A stretch of 64,000 bases of DNA from a virus (lineage: Duplodnaviria > Heunggongvirae > Uroviricota > Caudoviricetes), in the IMG/VR virus record IMGVR_UViG_3300042934_000212, one strand, 5' to 3'. Position 1 is the stretch's first letter, and each line of letters starts with the position of its first letter. The notes under the pieces are model-generated. The model ran no database searches, was not told the origin of the DNA, and saw only the letters and a program-made list of their open reading frames with translations. The position numbers and the translations under genes were made by a program. Shown here piece by piece: positions 44,653 to 54,718 of this stretch.

Positions 44653-44859
44653 TTAGTAACCGCCAGTATTTGCAAAGAAGTTGCCACGGAAATATAAATT
44701 ACTACCTTTATCACCAGCAGTAAACGCTTCAAATTCCATAGACTTTTCAGCTTTACATTCAGAACAATCTAGTGGGTTGTCACGATCTGCAATCTTAACA
44801 ATCTTTTCAACAGAATGTTCGCAAGCTTCAGTAGTACAGCGATATGTATATAGTGGCAT
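44653..44859 (-). CDS. FmdB-family zinc-ribbon protein
   Basis: MPLYTYRC....C...CSEC...FRGNFF. Confidence 0.8.
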   Translation of the reverse strand: MPLYTYRCTTEACEHSVEKIVKIADRDNPLDCSECKAEKSMEFEAFTAGDKGSNLYFRGNFFANTGGY

Positions 44860-44871
44860 TTTTAAATCCTT

Positions 44872-45486
44872 TTAAACAGTAAGTTTTCGTGAATCTTCTA
44901 GTGCTTTATGATAAAGAGCTTTTGCAACTGCATTAGTCTCTAGTGCACTTAACGAGTTTTCTTCTGGAACACCCGCAAAGATTTGTTGTGTACTATTTAC
45001 TGTCTCAAAACCTACCCGAACTTCGTGTAGTGTTTTAGGGAAGAAGTTCATGAAAGAACTGTCTACAGATACGTTCAAATACTCTAATCCACTTACAGAT
45101 GCAGTATGAACATGGCCGTGAACATTCTTTTTACCACGTAATTCTTCAGGGTGAATTGGTGCATGTGACAACCAAAACTCTTTGTACTTTAGTAGTGAGT
45201 GAACTTCGTCGAATGCTTCACATAGTTTTTTAGTAGGAATGTATTCTGAACAGTGGTTACCCATGATGAGAATTTTACTACCAGGAAGTTCTTTAATAAA
45301 GTCCAGATACTTTTCATCAAAGATAACATCACCTAAGAAGAACATTGTATCACGTTTAGTACAAACTTCTGCAAGGACATATTGAAAATACAAGTCATTA
45401 TGTAAAGTACTTTCAAACAGTGGGCGGTATTTCCAAATATTGCGGTGACCCATATGGGTATCTGCAATAAAGCGTGGGGTACTCAT
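44872..45486 (-). CDS. Calcineurin-like metallophosphoesterase
   Basis: DTHMGH, LGD, GNH, SHAP and HGHVH motifs. Confidence 0.88.
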   Translation of the reverse strand: MSTPRFIADTHMGHRNIWKYRPLFESTLHNDLYFQYVLAEVCTKRDTMFFLGDVIFDEKYLDFIKELPGSKILIMGNHCSEYIPTKKLCEAFDEVHSLLKYKEFWLSHAPIHPEELRGKKNVHGHVHTASVSGLEYLNVSVDSSFMNFFPKTLHEVRVGFETVNSTQQIFAGVPEENSLSALETNAVAKALYHKALEDSRKLTV

Positions 45487-45503
45487 AATTATATCCTTTA
45501 ATT

Positions 45504-45528
45504 AAAAAAAGGGAACCGAAGTTCCCTT
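45504..45528 (-). terminator. Terminator with a UUCG loop
   Basis: GGGAAC-TTCG-GTTCCC-TTTTTTT on the minus strand. Confidence 0.88.
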
Positions 45529-45533
45529 AAAAA

Positions 45534-46265
45534 TTAAGCACCACTTACGTAGATGCTATAAACTGCAATACCAGTATCTACTGTTACGTTTAACATACCC
45601 GTTTTGGTAAAACCTAGAGACTTAGTTTCAGCATTAGATACGCGGTTTAATGCTTGAAGTACGCGGTCAATTGGATAACCATAACCTTTAGTTAGTTCAC
45701 CTTCTGTTTTAGAGAATAGTAAAGTACCTGTATGGTTGTTTTTATTCTTTTCACCAACGTAGAAGTATAAGCTGTCATCTTCGGTAAAGGGAGTGACTAA
45801 AGCAGAGAATGATTTAAACACACCAGAGAAGCTTTTTAGTTCATTAACCTTTGCGGCACTAGGTGTAACCTGTACGTCATATGGTTGGTCAGTGAAACGA
45901 GGTTGGTTTGGAATATATTTTTCCGCAACAACTAGGTAGTTAGTATTTGCATCGTCTGAATTGAAAGTTAGGCTTTTAACTACGCCATCTTTTGCATTCA
46001 CACTAATTTTTGTACTGTCTGATTTGTAGACATTTAGGTTCAATAGACCTTGAAGCATTCCAAGATTACCAATACCAAAACGACCAACAACTTCAGGTAC
46101 ATCTTCCTTAGTATATGCTCGCATTACTAAGTTTTTATCGGCTGTATAAGCTTCCATGTAAACACGTTGACCCTGACCGCGATCTTCACTTGAAACAGCG
46201 ATACAATCAAAATCGATACCAGAGGTAGTTGTTACTAGGTCGCGTAGTACGTCACGTAATTCCAT
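45534..46265 (-). CDS. Sliding clamp (gp45-like)
   Basis: 243 aa with a two-domain alpha/beta pattern (FGI.NL..L..LL), near the polymerase gene. Confidence 0.65.
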   Translation of the reverse strand: MELRDVLRDLVTTTSGIDFDCIAVSSEDRGQGQRVYMEAYTADKNLVMRAYTKEDVPEVVGRFGIGNLGMLQGLLNLNVYKSDSTKISVNAKDGVVKSLTFNSDDANTNYLVVAEKYIPNQPRFTDQPYDVQVTPSAAKVNELKSFSGVFKSFSALVTPFTEDDSLYFYVGEKNKNNHTGTLLFSKTEGELTKGYGYPIDRVLQALNRVSNAETKSLGFTKTGMLNVTVDTGIAVYSIYVSGA

Positions 46266-46296
46266 TTGTTAATTTCTCCATTTTGTTAACAAGCAC

Positions 46297-46325
46297 ATTA
46301 TACCACATTTTATGTGCTTGTTTCA
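46297..46325 (-). promoter_or_regulatory. TGAAAC-N17-TATAAT promoter
   Basis: Minus strand reads TGAAACAAGCACATAAAATGTGGTATAAT. Confidence 0.8.
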
Positions 46326-46331
46326 TTTTTA

Positions 46332-46823
46332 TTAGATGTTTCGGGTTCGAGCAGTTTTTTGTCTAGACGTTACTGAACTCTGCAAGTCAGAAATAACGTT
46401 GCTTAGTTTACTATAATCAAGACTATCGTCATCAATGCTAATAGTTACATTTTTCAATGCATATGCAGGTAAATCATCGTTAGTGAAAGTTGCAGTATAT
46501 GGTTGTGTACTTACCCAAGGAGAACCAATTCCTGGAAGATTAGGTTTGTTGTTCCACGGATTGATATTATCCCAAGGGGAAGTGTCAATTGGTGGATATG
46601 GTTTGATTGTTGGTGAAACAATAGGTACTTGAACAATCTTTTCAATAGTTTTGGTTTCAATTTTATAAAGGGAGATAACTTTCCCCCCCTCTAACATTGA
46701 TCCAACCTTTTTGAAACCTGAACCTTCAAGAATTTCTACTTCTTCTTTAGTTTCAGCACGTACAATATCGTACTCACCACAGGAAGAAATCGCTCTCCCT
46801 ATGCGTTCATAAATGTTAGACAT
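46332..46823 (-). CDS. Hypothetical protein with a Pro/Trp-rich linker
   Basis: ORF with an AAGGA RBS. Confidence 0.7.
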   Translation of the reverse strand: MSNIYERIGRAISSCGEYDIVRAETKEEVEILEGSGFKKVGSMLEGGKVISLYKIETKTIEKIVQVPIVSPTIKPYPPIDTSPWDNINPWNNKPNLPGIGSPWVSTQPYTATFTNDDLPAYALKNVTISIDDDSLDYSKLSNVISDLQSSVTSRQKTARTRNI

Positions 46824-46837
46824 ATATTTTCCTTATA

Positions 46838-49800
46838 TTACCAATCGAAGAAACCTGTGTTTAGTTCGATGGTACTTTTCTCTGTTATACCAATATCCAT
46901 ATCTAGAATACCGAAGATATTACCTAACTTTTTGGTTAGTACTGCTGTTTCCATAGTGTCATCATCAAATGGTAATTCCATGAACCACTCTGGTAAGTAG
47001 TCTGCACAGTCAATTGGGTATCCAACTTTAGTAATTCCTAGTGGATTAGGTTTTAGGTCACAAACAATTACTTTCGTACCGTCTGTTGCCTCTGGAACGG
47101 ACATATCATCGTTCAATTCACGAAGTCTATTCCAATATATTGCTGCTTTAACGTGTCCAACTGAGCATTTACCAGTATCCTGGAATTCTTTCGCTTTGTT
47201 GGTATAGTTCTTAACAGTTTTTGGTGATCCTTTCTCGATACTTGGTTTATCTTTGAACTCACGTTTGAATGAACGAACACGTTCACGTAATTCTTCTTCA
47301 GATTCACCAATTAGTAATGCAAGTAACGTCTCTTCTAGGAAGTTTTGGATGTATTTTGGTGTGTCTGAACGTTTAATCTCTAGACCCATTGCCTTAATCT
47401 TACCAGGCTTACCATCTACATCTAAACGGAAACCATCTTCCCAATATTTTAGAATCGCATAACGCTTTTTCTTCAAGAATAAGCCACGAGAACCGACCAT
47501 TTCTAGATCTGCACCTACAATCTTACCGTTTTCAATACCAGTATTGAAGGTTTTATCCATAAAGTCAGGGAAAGATGCACCTACAGTGTCACCAATCATT
47601 TGATATAGCTCAACTACTTCATCTTTCGATAGGTTGAATTCCATATCGTTCTCTTTATAGTAGTGTGCAACACTGAAATATACTGAGTCGGTGTCGCCAT
47701 ATACTACTACACCGCCGTTGTGGTCATAAGTCTCAGTACATACTTCGTTAATCTTGCTTGCAAGGTGTTTAGTCATACTACGACCAGTTAATGTAACTGA
47801 TTGTCCTAGACGTTTATCGAAGAAACGAGAACCTTTGTTCAACAACGCACCATATAGTGAGTTTAGAAGAATTTTACGAATCTGTTGGTTCTGTTTCCAG
47901 AATGCAGATTGAGTTTTGCAGTACTTCTTATCTGTATCAGCTACAAATACTCGACCATCTTCAATTCTCATGCCGTTTTCTGCAAGAATCTTAGCCATTT
48001 CTGGAATATTCTTCTCACCCATTGCTAGGCGTAGCAAATAAATCGGATCATCTTCATGAAGGTTGGTTTTATGAATGCCAGTGCCTTTTTGTAGTGCTTT
48101 TAGCTCATTTTCCAAGTCAGCTAACATATCTGATGGCATTTCCCAGCCGTCAGTTGCTAAGTGCTTATAGTCAATTACCATTTTCTGCTGTGCTTTACGC
48201 TCAGAATACCAAACAGTAAGAATTTCTGGAATTACACCATATTTTGTCTTATCGAATAGAGTTCCGTTTGCACTTAGTACAATAGTACTGTCATCACCGA
48301 AGATAATATCATATAATTCTGCACCTGTTGATTGGAAACTAGAACCATCTTCCAAATCTACTGTAATTAGTTCATTTGATTTCTCACGAACCATTGTAAA
48401 TTCAACACTTGCAAACAAACCGTGCCATGCTTCAGTCCATTTAGGTTCAAATCGACCACGACCACCATTTTTAGCCCATTTAATACGCTGATCTTCAATT
48501 TTAGAAGCAAGATAAGCATCTGTATAATCTTGACGTAGTTGGCCTAGAATACATTCAGTACTCATACCTAATGTACGTAGAACTGTTGGGTATAGTGAGT
48601 TGAAGTCCACACAACCTAACATATCAATTAGACCTAGAATCGGATCTTGCACCCATGCTCCTGCCGCCTTAGCACCAGTTTGGGATTCACCTTCTTCATC
48701 ATCATCTAAATCAATATCGTAATCTTGATATTCGAAATCTTCTTCATCATCAATTTTACGTTTGTTGAATACTACTTCACCGCGTTGGTGAGCAAGATTG
48801 ATAATTGCGGTATCAATTAGTGCTACTGAACCCATAGTTGTTGTGATTAATACACATTCTTTATGAGCAAGACGGTTATGTAGGTTAATGAAGTCCATTT
48901 TTTCATCGATTTTCTTAAGTAGAATACTATCCTGCTTAGAATAACGAAGGAAACGCATGTAATCTTCACGATATAGCTTATCCAATGAACCATCATATGG
49001 TACTTTGTTTTCACCAGTTACTTTCTCAGCAATATAATCAAGTTTATATGACTGTTCGACTTGTCCAGCATGTTTTTTATATAGTGCTAGATAGTCTAAG
49101 TGTACACGACCAATCAAATCGTATGTTACGATAGTTTTACCGAACATATCTGCTTCACGTGCAGTAGGTTTTCTATTCCACAAGCACCAACGAGCCAAAG
49201 TAGCTTCGTTAAAGATCTTACGAGTACGGTTGACCATATAAGGAATATCATAGAACTCACTATTCCAACCAGAAAGTACGTCACTGTCTTCAATTAGTTC
49301 AAAGAAGGTTTCGAACATCTCTGTTTCTTCAGTATAGAGTACTACAATACTGTTCGGGTCATTAGTTTCTGCATTTAGACGGTTTATAATGTCTTGTGCT
49401 TCGACTGCTTCCATTCCAGAAGGTGCCATTGTAAGAACATAGTCTTTACCTGTCCAGCTTTGGTAAATGGAGATTGCAGTAACGCGGTTGAATGGATCGC
49501 TAGGTGAAGCATATCCAAATTTAGGGTGAAAGTCTGTTTCAATATCGAAGAATGCAATATTGAGGTCAGGAGAAGGCTTACCCATGTAGTGTTTTGCTAG
49601 GGTTTTAAATGTAACATTACAGTCTGCTTCATAAATCTTTGCAGTACTAGGTAATGATTCCATTTGTTTTTTCATTTCTGAATATCGCGTGAATTCAAAC
49701 TTCTCAGCTAGTGTTCCGTTGATAGTTTTGTGTTCACCACGTGGAGATTCTACATAGTATTCGTAAACTGGTTCGATTTCTCGAAGAATACGACGACCGT

Positions 49801-49867
49801 TTACACGTTCAGCTACATGCAGAACTTCTCCGGTACGTTTTCTATCCATATATCCATCTATATACAT
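46838..49867 (-). CDS. gp43: Family B DNA polymerase (gp43-like)
   Basis: Exo DIETD, GWNSEFYD and YKLD; Pol DFNSLYP, KILLNSLYG, YGDTDS and KKRY motifs. Confidence 0.97.
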   Translation of the reverse strand: MYIDGYMDRKRTGEVLHVAERVNGRRILREIEPVYEYYVESPRGEHKTINGTLAEKFEFTRYSEMKKQMESLPSTAKIYEADCNVTFKTLAKHYMGKPSPDLNIAFFDIETDFHPKFGYASPSDPFNRVTAISIYQSWTGKDYVLTMAPSGMEAVEAQDIINRLNAETNDPNSIVVLYTEETEMFETFFELIEDSDVLSGWNSEFYDIPYMVNRTRKIFNEATLARWCLWNRKPTAREADMFGKTIVTYDLIGRVHLDYLALYKKHAGQVEQSYKLDYIAEKVTGENKVPYDGSLDKLYREDYMRFLRYSKQDSILLKKIDEKMDFINLHNRLAHKECVLITTTMGSVALIDTAIINLAHQRGEVVFNKRKIDDEEDFEYQDYDIDLDDDEEGESQTGAKAAGAWVQDPILGLIDMLGCVDFNSLYPTVLRTLGMSTECILGQLRQDYTDAYLASKIEDQRIKWAKNGGRGRFEPKWTEAWHGLFASVEFTMVREKSNELITVDLEDGSSFQSTGAELYDIIFGDDSTIVLSANGTLFDKTKYGVIPEILTVWYSERKAQQKMVIDYKHLATDGWEMPSDMLADLENELKALQKGTGIHKTNLHEDDPIYLLRLAMGEKNIPEMAKILAENGMRIEDGRVFVADTDKKYCKTQSAFWKQNQQIRKILLNSLYGALLNKGSRFFDKRLGQSVTLTGRSMTKHLASKINEVCTETYDHNGGVVVYGDTDSVYFSVAHYYKENDMEFNLSKDEVVELYQMIGDTVGASFPDFMDKTFNTGIENGKIVGADLEMVGSRGLFLKKKRYAILKYWEDGFRLDVDGKPGKIKAMGLEIKRSDTPKYIQNFLEETLLALLIGESEEELRERVRSFKREFKDKPSIEKGSPKTVKNYTNKAKEFQDTGKCSVGHVKAAIYWNRLRELNDDMSVPEATDGTKVIVCDLKPNPLGITKVGYPIDCADYLPEWFMELPFDDDTMETAVLTKKLGNIFGILDMDIGITEKSTIELNTGFFDW

Positions 49868-49945
49868 CTTATCTCCTTATAATTAACGCACTTAAAAGCA
49901 TAATGCCCCATTCATTGGGGCATTATTTACTACTTCAAAACTATA

Positions 49946-50251
49946 TTAGTAGTCTGAGTCATCCATTTGAGCTAGATTACCAGACACGGTAAGAATAGTT
50001 TCAACTTCGTCTTGAGCACGAACTTTATCGAAGAAATCTTGCTTGTAGATACGCATTGCAGCAGATTTTAGCTTAGCCTTATCAAGACCAATTTCATCAG
50101 CTAGTGTATCCATGAAGTCGCTATATGATTCTTTGATTGTGTCGATGTGAGTCAGTTGAACTACAGCAGAATTTAGGCCATCTTTAAGCTTTTTACGTTG
50201 AACGTCGTTTAGCTCAGTTGCTTCAATTTTAGATTCTGTTTTCTTAGCCAT
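49946..50251 (-). CDS. Small dsDNA-binding protein (T4 DsbA-like)
   Basis: Helical ~100 aa with ADEIGLDKAKLK....IYKQDF; has its own promoter. Confidence 0.5.
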   Translation of the reverse strand: MAKKTESKIEATELNDVQRKKLKDGLNSAVVQLTHIDTIKESYSDFMDTLADEIGLDKAKLKSAAMRIYKQDFFDKVRAQDEVETILTVSGNLAQMDDSDY

Positions 50252-50306
50252 TTGTGTTTCTCCATGTTATAAAAAAAGCACCCCAACTCTCCGTTGGGAT
50301 GCTCAT

Positions 50307-50335
50307 ATTATACCAGATAATTTTTTTTCGTTTCA
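50307..50335 (-). promoter_or_regulatory. TGAAAC-N17-TATAAT promoter
   Basis: Minus strand reads TGAAACGAAAAAAAATTATCTGGTATAAT. Confidence 0.75.
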
Positions 50336-50340
50336 GAAAT

Positions 50341-50910
50341 TTAAATCGTAGGCCATGAAGGATTTTGATCAGTTAAAACTACTTCATGGTGTAGTGAGAT
50401 TAGTGCTTTCTCAAGAACATCAAGGCGTTCTGCATCAGAAGCACTTAGCACTCCATGCTTTTCTAACACATTTAGGTTGGTAATTTCTTCGACAATCTGC
50501 GACATTATTTCTTTCTTTTTAGCAGTATTGACTATTAGTAATTCATCAATTGCTTTTTCACGAGCATGGACACCTTTCGATTTATTCCATGACCAGTTAG
50601 TGAAGAATGCGGGATCGTAAAAATTCACTGGAACTTCGTCTTTATTAACTTCAACAATAGAACTAATAATTTCAGTTGATAGACCGAGAGTAGTTACGTC
50701 AAAAGCATAGCTTACAATCATACCATCTTCATCTAACAATAATTTAAGTGTATCTTCTGCAAATTCGGAAAAATGTTCCGTCCATAGTTTCCCATCTTCA
50801 TCACAAAAGACAGGGAAAAAAGTATTTTTAATTACGGGGAAATTAGAACGAAATTCTCCATAATTTATTTCCTTTTCATCAAATTTATGTAAACCTTTTA
50901 CTAATTTCAT
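50341..50910 (-). CDS. Tail fibre assembly chaperone (Tfa-like)
   Basis: Directly downstream of the fibre gene; C-terminal helices ending in WP. Confidence 0.6.
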   Translation of the reverse strand: MKLVKGLHKFDEKEINYGEFRSNFPVIKNTFFPVFCDEDGKLWTEHFSEFAEDTLKLLLDEDGMIVSYAFDVTTLGLSTEIISSIVEVNKDEVPVNFYDPAFFTNWSWNKSKGVHAREKAIDELLIVNTAKKKEIMSQIVEEITNLNVLEKHGVLSASDAERLDVLEKALISLHHEVVLTDQNPSWPTI

Positions 50911-50920
50911 ATATTACCTA

Positions 50921-52504
50921 TTAAGTATAAGCTACTGTCTGCCAAGTTCCATCCATTAAGTATTGCAATGGGCGTAAGTAAACCCAATAGTTAGAATCAC
51001 CAAAGTCAGCCCATGCAGTCATTACACCGCCTGGTAAACTTTCAGTACCGTTACGCTTTTTAAAGCTCTGTAATGCACCAAATCTGATACCCTGAACTCC
51101 AGGAATAGCTAAAACAACATTACCATTAGCATCTGCTGCTGATCCATTAACACTACGAACAATATTTTTACCACCAACAGTTCCTGTATTTCCTGAAACC
51201 GTTATACCAGATGAAGATAGTACGCCTGTGTTTGTTATAGTTACTTCAGAACCACCTGCTGAACGTAATCTTAGGGTGTTAGTTGTCGAACTATGATATA
51301 TCGCTGCACGTTCACCACCGGAAGAATTCTGGAACCAAAATACTAAGTTAGTATCGTTTGCACGAATTGCTGCACTGTTTGCAATAGTTAAAGAACCCGT
51401 CATTGTATCACCAGCTTTCAATACATATCGCGAATCGCCCGCAGACTCATTTAAAGCAACGCTTGGCTGTGCGATATTATATAAAATTGCCACATTAAAG
51501 TGAGCAACATCAATATCAGTAATAGAATGGTTGTGAGTTGAGGTGTTTCCATTAGGATATATTGCAAAGGTAGTACTGAATGCAACACGACTATCTGAAC
51601 CAGATACTGCCATGACTTCACGTGTATCATTTTCACCGTTAATTCGTAATCCACTATATGAATTACCATCATTCCAAGATTTACCGAAAATGAATAAACC
51701 ATCATCTCCGTTACCACCTGATAGTCCTAACATCATACCAGTTCCGTGATAGTGCTGTGGATCAGTAATAGTTGTGTTACCAATACTACCAGAACCAGCA
51801 ATTACAGAATCTATTTTTGTTACACCGGAAGTAGAGATACCCTTTAGGTATGCATTCTGGTTTAAATTAGGTACTACTTGTGTTACTACAGTCGTTCCGT
51901 TCCAAGTCCAGTAAAGTCCGTCAGCTAAACACCAACCCGTTTTAGAAACAAACGGTGCTGCTTGTGTACCATTTCTACCATTTTGACCACCACTTACACC
52001 ACTCATCTGTTCACGAATGCTTGCAATGTTTTGACCAGAAGTTAATGCATAGTGCATGATACTTCCAGGTGGCGATGATGTATATAATCCAGGAATATCG
52101 GTTGTGCTAGTTGTGCTAGAAGGGAATACAATATTAAGGTTTGTTCCACTCACAGATGCGGAAGGTACTGAACTTGATGAATAGGTTACAGTACTTACAC
52201 GGTTTGCAAGCTTATTGTTTACTTCTGTTAATTGGGTGTAAATCGGAGCAAGAATAACATCTGCACCTTGTAATTCAACCCATGACATACCATTATGGTA
52301 TTTCAAAGTCTTTGTACTAATATCAAACACTACCGCACCAGCTTCACCGATTGGTAATTGTTTGTTTGGGAATACAACAGACGAAGCATCAAGTCTTAAA
52401 GGACGTGGATTACTTGTAGTTCCACCTTCGATGACTATAGTCGCTGTATTCGTACTAGTAATCTGGTTACTAGCATGATTAAATCTTATACTCATATAAA
52501 TCAA
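50921..52504 (-). CDS. Tail fibre protein
   Basis: Collar-like PPGSIM...GW.LADG...VPNL, YVLKAGDTMTG, VRSVNG..ADANGNV, and a C-terminal RPLQY..DG.W.T. Confidence 0.85.
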   Translation of the reverse strand: MIYMSIRFNHASNQITSTNTATIVIEGGTTSNPRPLRLDASSVVFPNKQLPIGEAGAVVFDISTKTLKYHNGMSWVELQGADVILAPIYTQLTEVNNKLANRVSTVTYSSSSVPSASVSGTNLNIVFPSSTTSTTDIPGLYTSSPPGSIMHYALTSGQNIASIREQMSGVSGGQNGRNGTQAAPFVSKTGWCLADGLYWTWNGTTVVTQVVPNLNQNAYLKGISTSGVTKIDSVIAGSGSIGNTTITDPQHYHGTGMMLGLSGGNGDDGLFIFGKSWNDGNSYSGLRINGENDTREVMAVSGSDSRVAFSTTFAIYPNGNTSTHNHSITDIDVAHFNVAILYNIAQPSVALNESAGDSRYVLKAGDTMTGSLTIANSAAIRANDTNLVFWFQNSSGGERAAIYHSSTTNTLRLRSAGGSEVTITNTGVLSSSGITVSGNTGTVGGKNIVRSVNGSAADANGNVVLAIPGVQGIRFGALQSFKKRNGTESLPGGVMTAWADFGDSNYWVYLRPLQYLMDGTWQTVAYT

Positions 52505-52539
52505 TCCTCGCGTTTATATATTATAGAGATATTTATGAT

Positions 52540-52851
52540 TTAGTCCATGTCTTCTTCTAAATCGTCAAGTACTGCATCTATCATATTAGCTGCAAGTTTC
52601 TTTGGCATTTTGTACCATTCTTTTCCGACACCTTGTGTTGCATTCATCTGCTTTAATCTTTTATTAACTTCTTTTTCAGCAGCTTTGGCATCTTCAAAAA
52701 AGACTTCATGGAAAACTTCATAATCTCTAAACGGAGAACCAGTTTGATATGTACTTAGTCGAGTTTTCATTTCTTCTTTTGATGTAAATCCAATTTTAAC
52801 CCATTCAGGCCAAGCTTGGTTTACAATAACATAACAGATTTGATTGGACAT
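52540..52851 (-). CDS. T5orf172/GIY-YIG-like domain protein
   Basis: YVI.N.AW...VKIGFT...RL..YQTGSP...E...EWY. Confidence 0.8.
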   Translation of the reverse strand: MSNQICYVIVNQAWPEWVKIGFTSKEEMKTRLSTYQTGSPFRDYEVFHEVFFEDAKAAEKEVNKRLKQMNATQGVGKEWYKMPKKLAANMIDAVLDDLEEDMD

Positions 52852-52879
52852 TGTTTTACCCTCTTTTTAAGTGGGGTAT

Positions 52880-53356
52880 TTATCCTCTCAGAATCTGTAC
52901 CTTTATACCTTTATCATTAAGATTGGAAAGTACCGGATTGGCGTTTAGTACTTGTCGTGTAACATTTTGTTGACCGTATTCATTCACTGGAACACTAACA
53001 CTACCGATTTGGCTTGGTATTTCGTTGAGCATAGGTGCATGAGGATTATCGCGTGTCAATCTGTCCTGATATAGTTTAATATATTCTGCATATGCCATTT
53101 CTTCAAAGTCGGAATACATAATATCTTGAACATAAGTATCGAAATCGTAATATACTGTATCTGAACCACAGCAAAGTACTCCCAACTCTTCGATATATCC
53201 TACGGTTTTGTATTCTTGATACAATATATCAAAACGGCTATGTACACTTCTATGATACTTCTGTTGTGTATTAGTATACACTACTACAGTAGAATCTGGT
53301 TTTATGATCATATAATTTTCTCCATGATTATACCACATTATTGAAAGTTGTTTCAT
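52880..53356 (-). CDS. Hypothetical protein
   Basis: ORF with TAAATA at ~53370. Confidence 0.65.
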   Translation of the reverse strand: MKQLSIMWYNHGENYMIIKPDSTVVVYTNTQQKYHRSVHSRFDILYQEYKTVGYIEELGVLCCGSDTVYYDFDTYVQDIMYSDFEEMAYAEYIKLYQDRLTRDNPHAPMLNEIPSQIGSVSVPVNEYGQQNVTRQVLNANPVLSNLNDKGIKVQILRG

Positions 53357-53397
53357 ATGGTATCGGACGTATTTAGTTTACGGGTAGCAGAAACGCG

Positions 53398-53421
53398 AAA
53401 AGGACGCCTAAGCGTCCTTTT
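53398..53421 (-). terminator. Terminator after the major capsid gene
   Basis: AAAAGGACGC-CTAA-GCGTCCTTTT. Confidence 0.85.
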
Positions 53422-53465
53422 CTTTTTAACATCAGATTTGTTTTAAACCTAAATGATACTTCAAA

Positions 53466-54641
53466 TTACATGAAGGTTACGTTGCGGATTGCAATTTTGC
53501 TGTAGTAGTCAGCAGCGTTACCTAGAGATGAAGTACTGTCAGTTAGCTGTACATAACCGTAACGAGTTAGGAAGCTAGTAACTAGTTCACCAGTGTTAGG
53601 GTCCATTACAGTACCAGAAGCCATCAATGGGATGTATGGGCAATAGAATACGCCAGCATCAGTTTCTTGATTTCCTTTGTAACCGATTAGTACATCAGTG
53701 CTGTCATCAGCATAAGTATCAACATAGATACGCATGGTTGAGTTTAGAACACCAACGAACTTAACGTTAGTAGGAGCTTCGAAAGTACCTTCAGTAGTAC
53801 GTGCAAAACTTGAAGTAGTTGCAGACTGAAGAATAGTTAGAGCGGTTGGTGAAACAACGGCCCAGTTCGCTGCACCACGTTTGGTACGACGAGCAACTTC
53901 GTTTGCTTGACGGTTGATTAGAGTAGCTAGAGCAGCGTGTTCATCACCAACGAAGGTAGCAACACCGGTAACTTTAGACTGGTCGTAAACAACAGCAGCA
54001 GCACCAGGAAGTGCACGTAGACGAGCTAGTAGTTCTTGGTCGATTTCAGTTGTGATTTCTTGTGCGATAGCAGCCATTAGTTCAGCTTCAACGTCAATAC
54101 CGTGTTGTGCTTGTGCATCTTGTGCAGATTCAACAGTCCAACGAGCAGATAGACGACGAGATTGAGCTTCTACGGTTTCACGTAGAATACGGATGTTAAC
54201 ACGACGACCCATTACACCTTCAAGTTGTGAAGTTGGAGCAGCACGTGGTGCGGTATTATCAGAATTCACTTCACCAGTATATGACTTAGCGATTTTGTAT
54301 GGTGATAGTGCTTCTTCACCAGCAACAACGCCAGGTGCATTATCAGCATATTGAACACGTAGAGTGTGGATCTGACCAACTGGTCCGGTCATTGGTTGAA
54401 CACCGATGATTTCGTTAGCAATAACGGTTGGCATAACACGACGGATAATCGGTAGAATAACCTTGTTTAGTGTTGCAATGTTACCAGCAGAAGTTGCACC
54501 AGCGGTTGCAGATTCGCGTAGCATTACTTTACGTTGGTTATCAAGAACTGTTTCCATAACAGTTTTACGATTAGTAGAAAGACCTTCAACAAGCTTTTCC
54601 TTAACAGCAGCCCATTTAGATTCAGTTAATAGTTGTGACAT
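53466..54641 (-). CDS. gp23: Major capsid protein (gp23-like)
   Basis: IIRRVMP..IA.EIIGVQPMTGPVGQI, SRRLSARWT.E.AQD, EID.E, YCPYIPL and TRYG motifs; ATG 54641 has a GAGGAG RBS. Confidence 0.96.
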   Translation of the reverse strand: MSQLLTESKWAAVKEKLVEGLSTNRKTVMETVLDNQRKVMLRESATAGATSAGNIATLNKVILPIIRRVMPTVIANEIIGVQPMTGPVGQIHTLRVQYADNAPGVVAGEEALSPYKIAKSYTGEVNSDNTAPRAAPTSQLEGVMGRRVNIRILRETVEAQSRRLSARWTVESAQDAQAQHGIDVEAELMAAIAQEITTEIDQELLARLRALPGAAAVVYDQSKVTGVATFVGDEHAALATLINRQANEVARRTKRGAANWAVVSPTALTILQSATTSSFARTTEGTFEAPTNVKFVGVLNSTMRIYVDTYADDSTDVLIGYKGNQETDAGVFYCPYIPLMASGTVMDPNTGELVTSFLTRYGYVQLTDSTSSLGNAADYYSKIAIRNVTFM

Positions 54642-54718
54642 TATAAATCTCCTCAAAAGATATTTTTTTACTTTTCTGTATACTTTATTTATCAGACAGA
54701 AAAATTAGCATTTAATAA

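Noticed and set aside
47880-48200. Possible intein in the DNA polymerase insertion
   Set aside because: No N-terminal Cys/Ser block, no HN-C/S/T junction and no LAGLIDADG motif; it is too short.
52540-52851. Mobile homing endonuclease
   Set aside because: Only a ~100-aa T5orf172-type domain, with no DNA-binding extension and no interrupted host gene.
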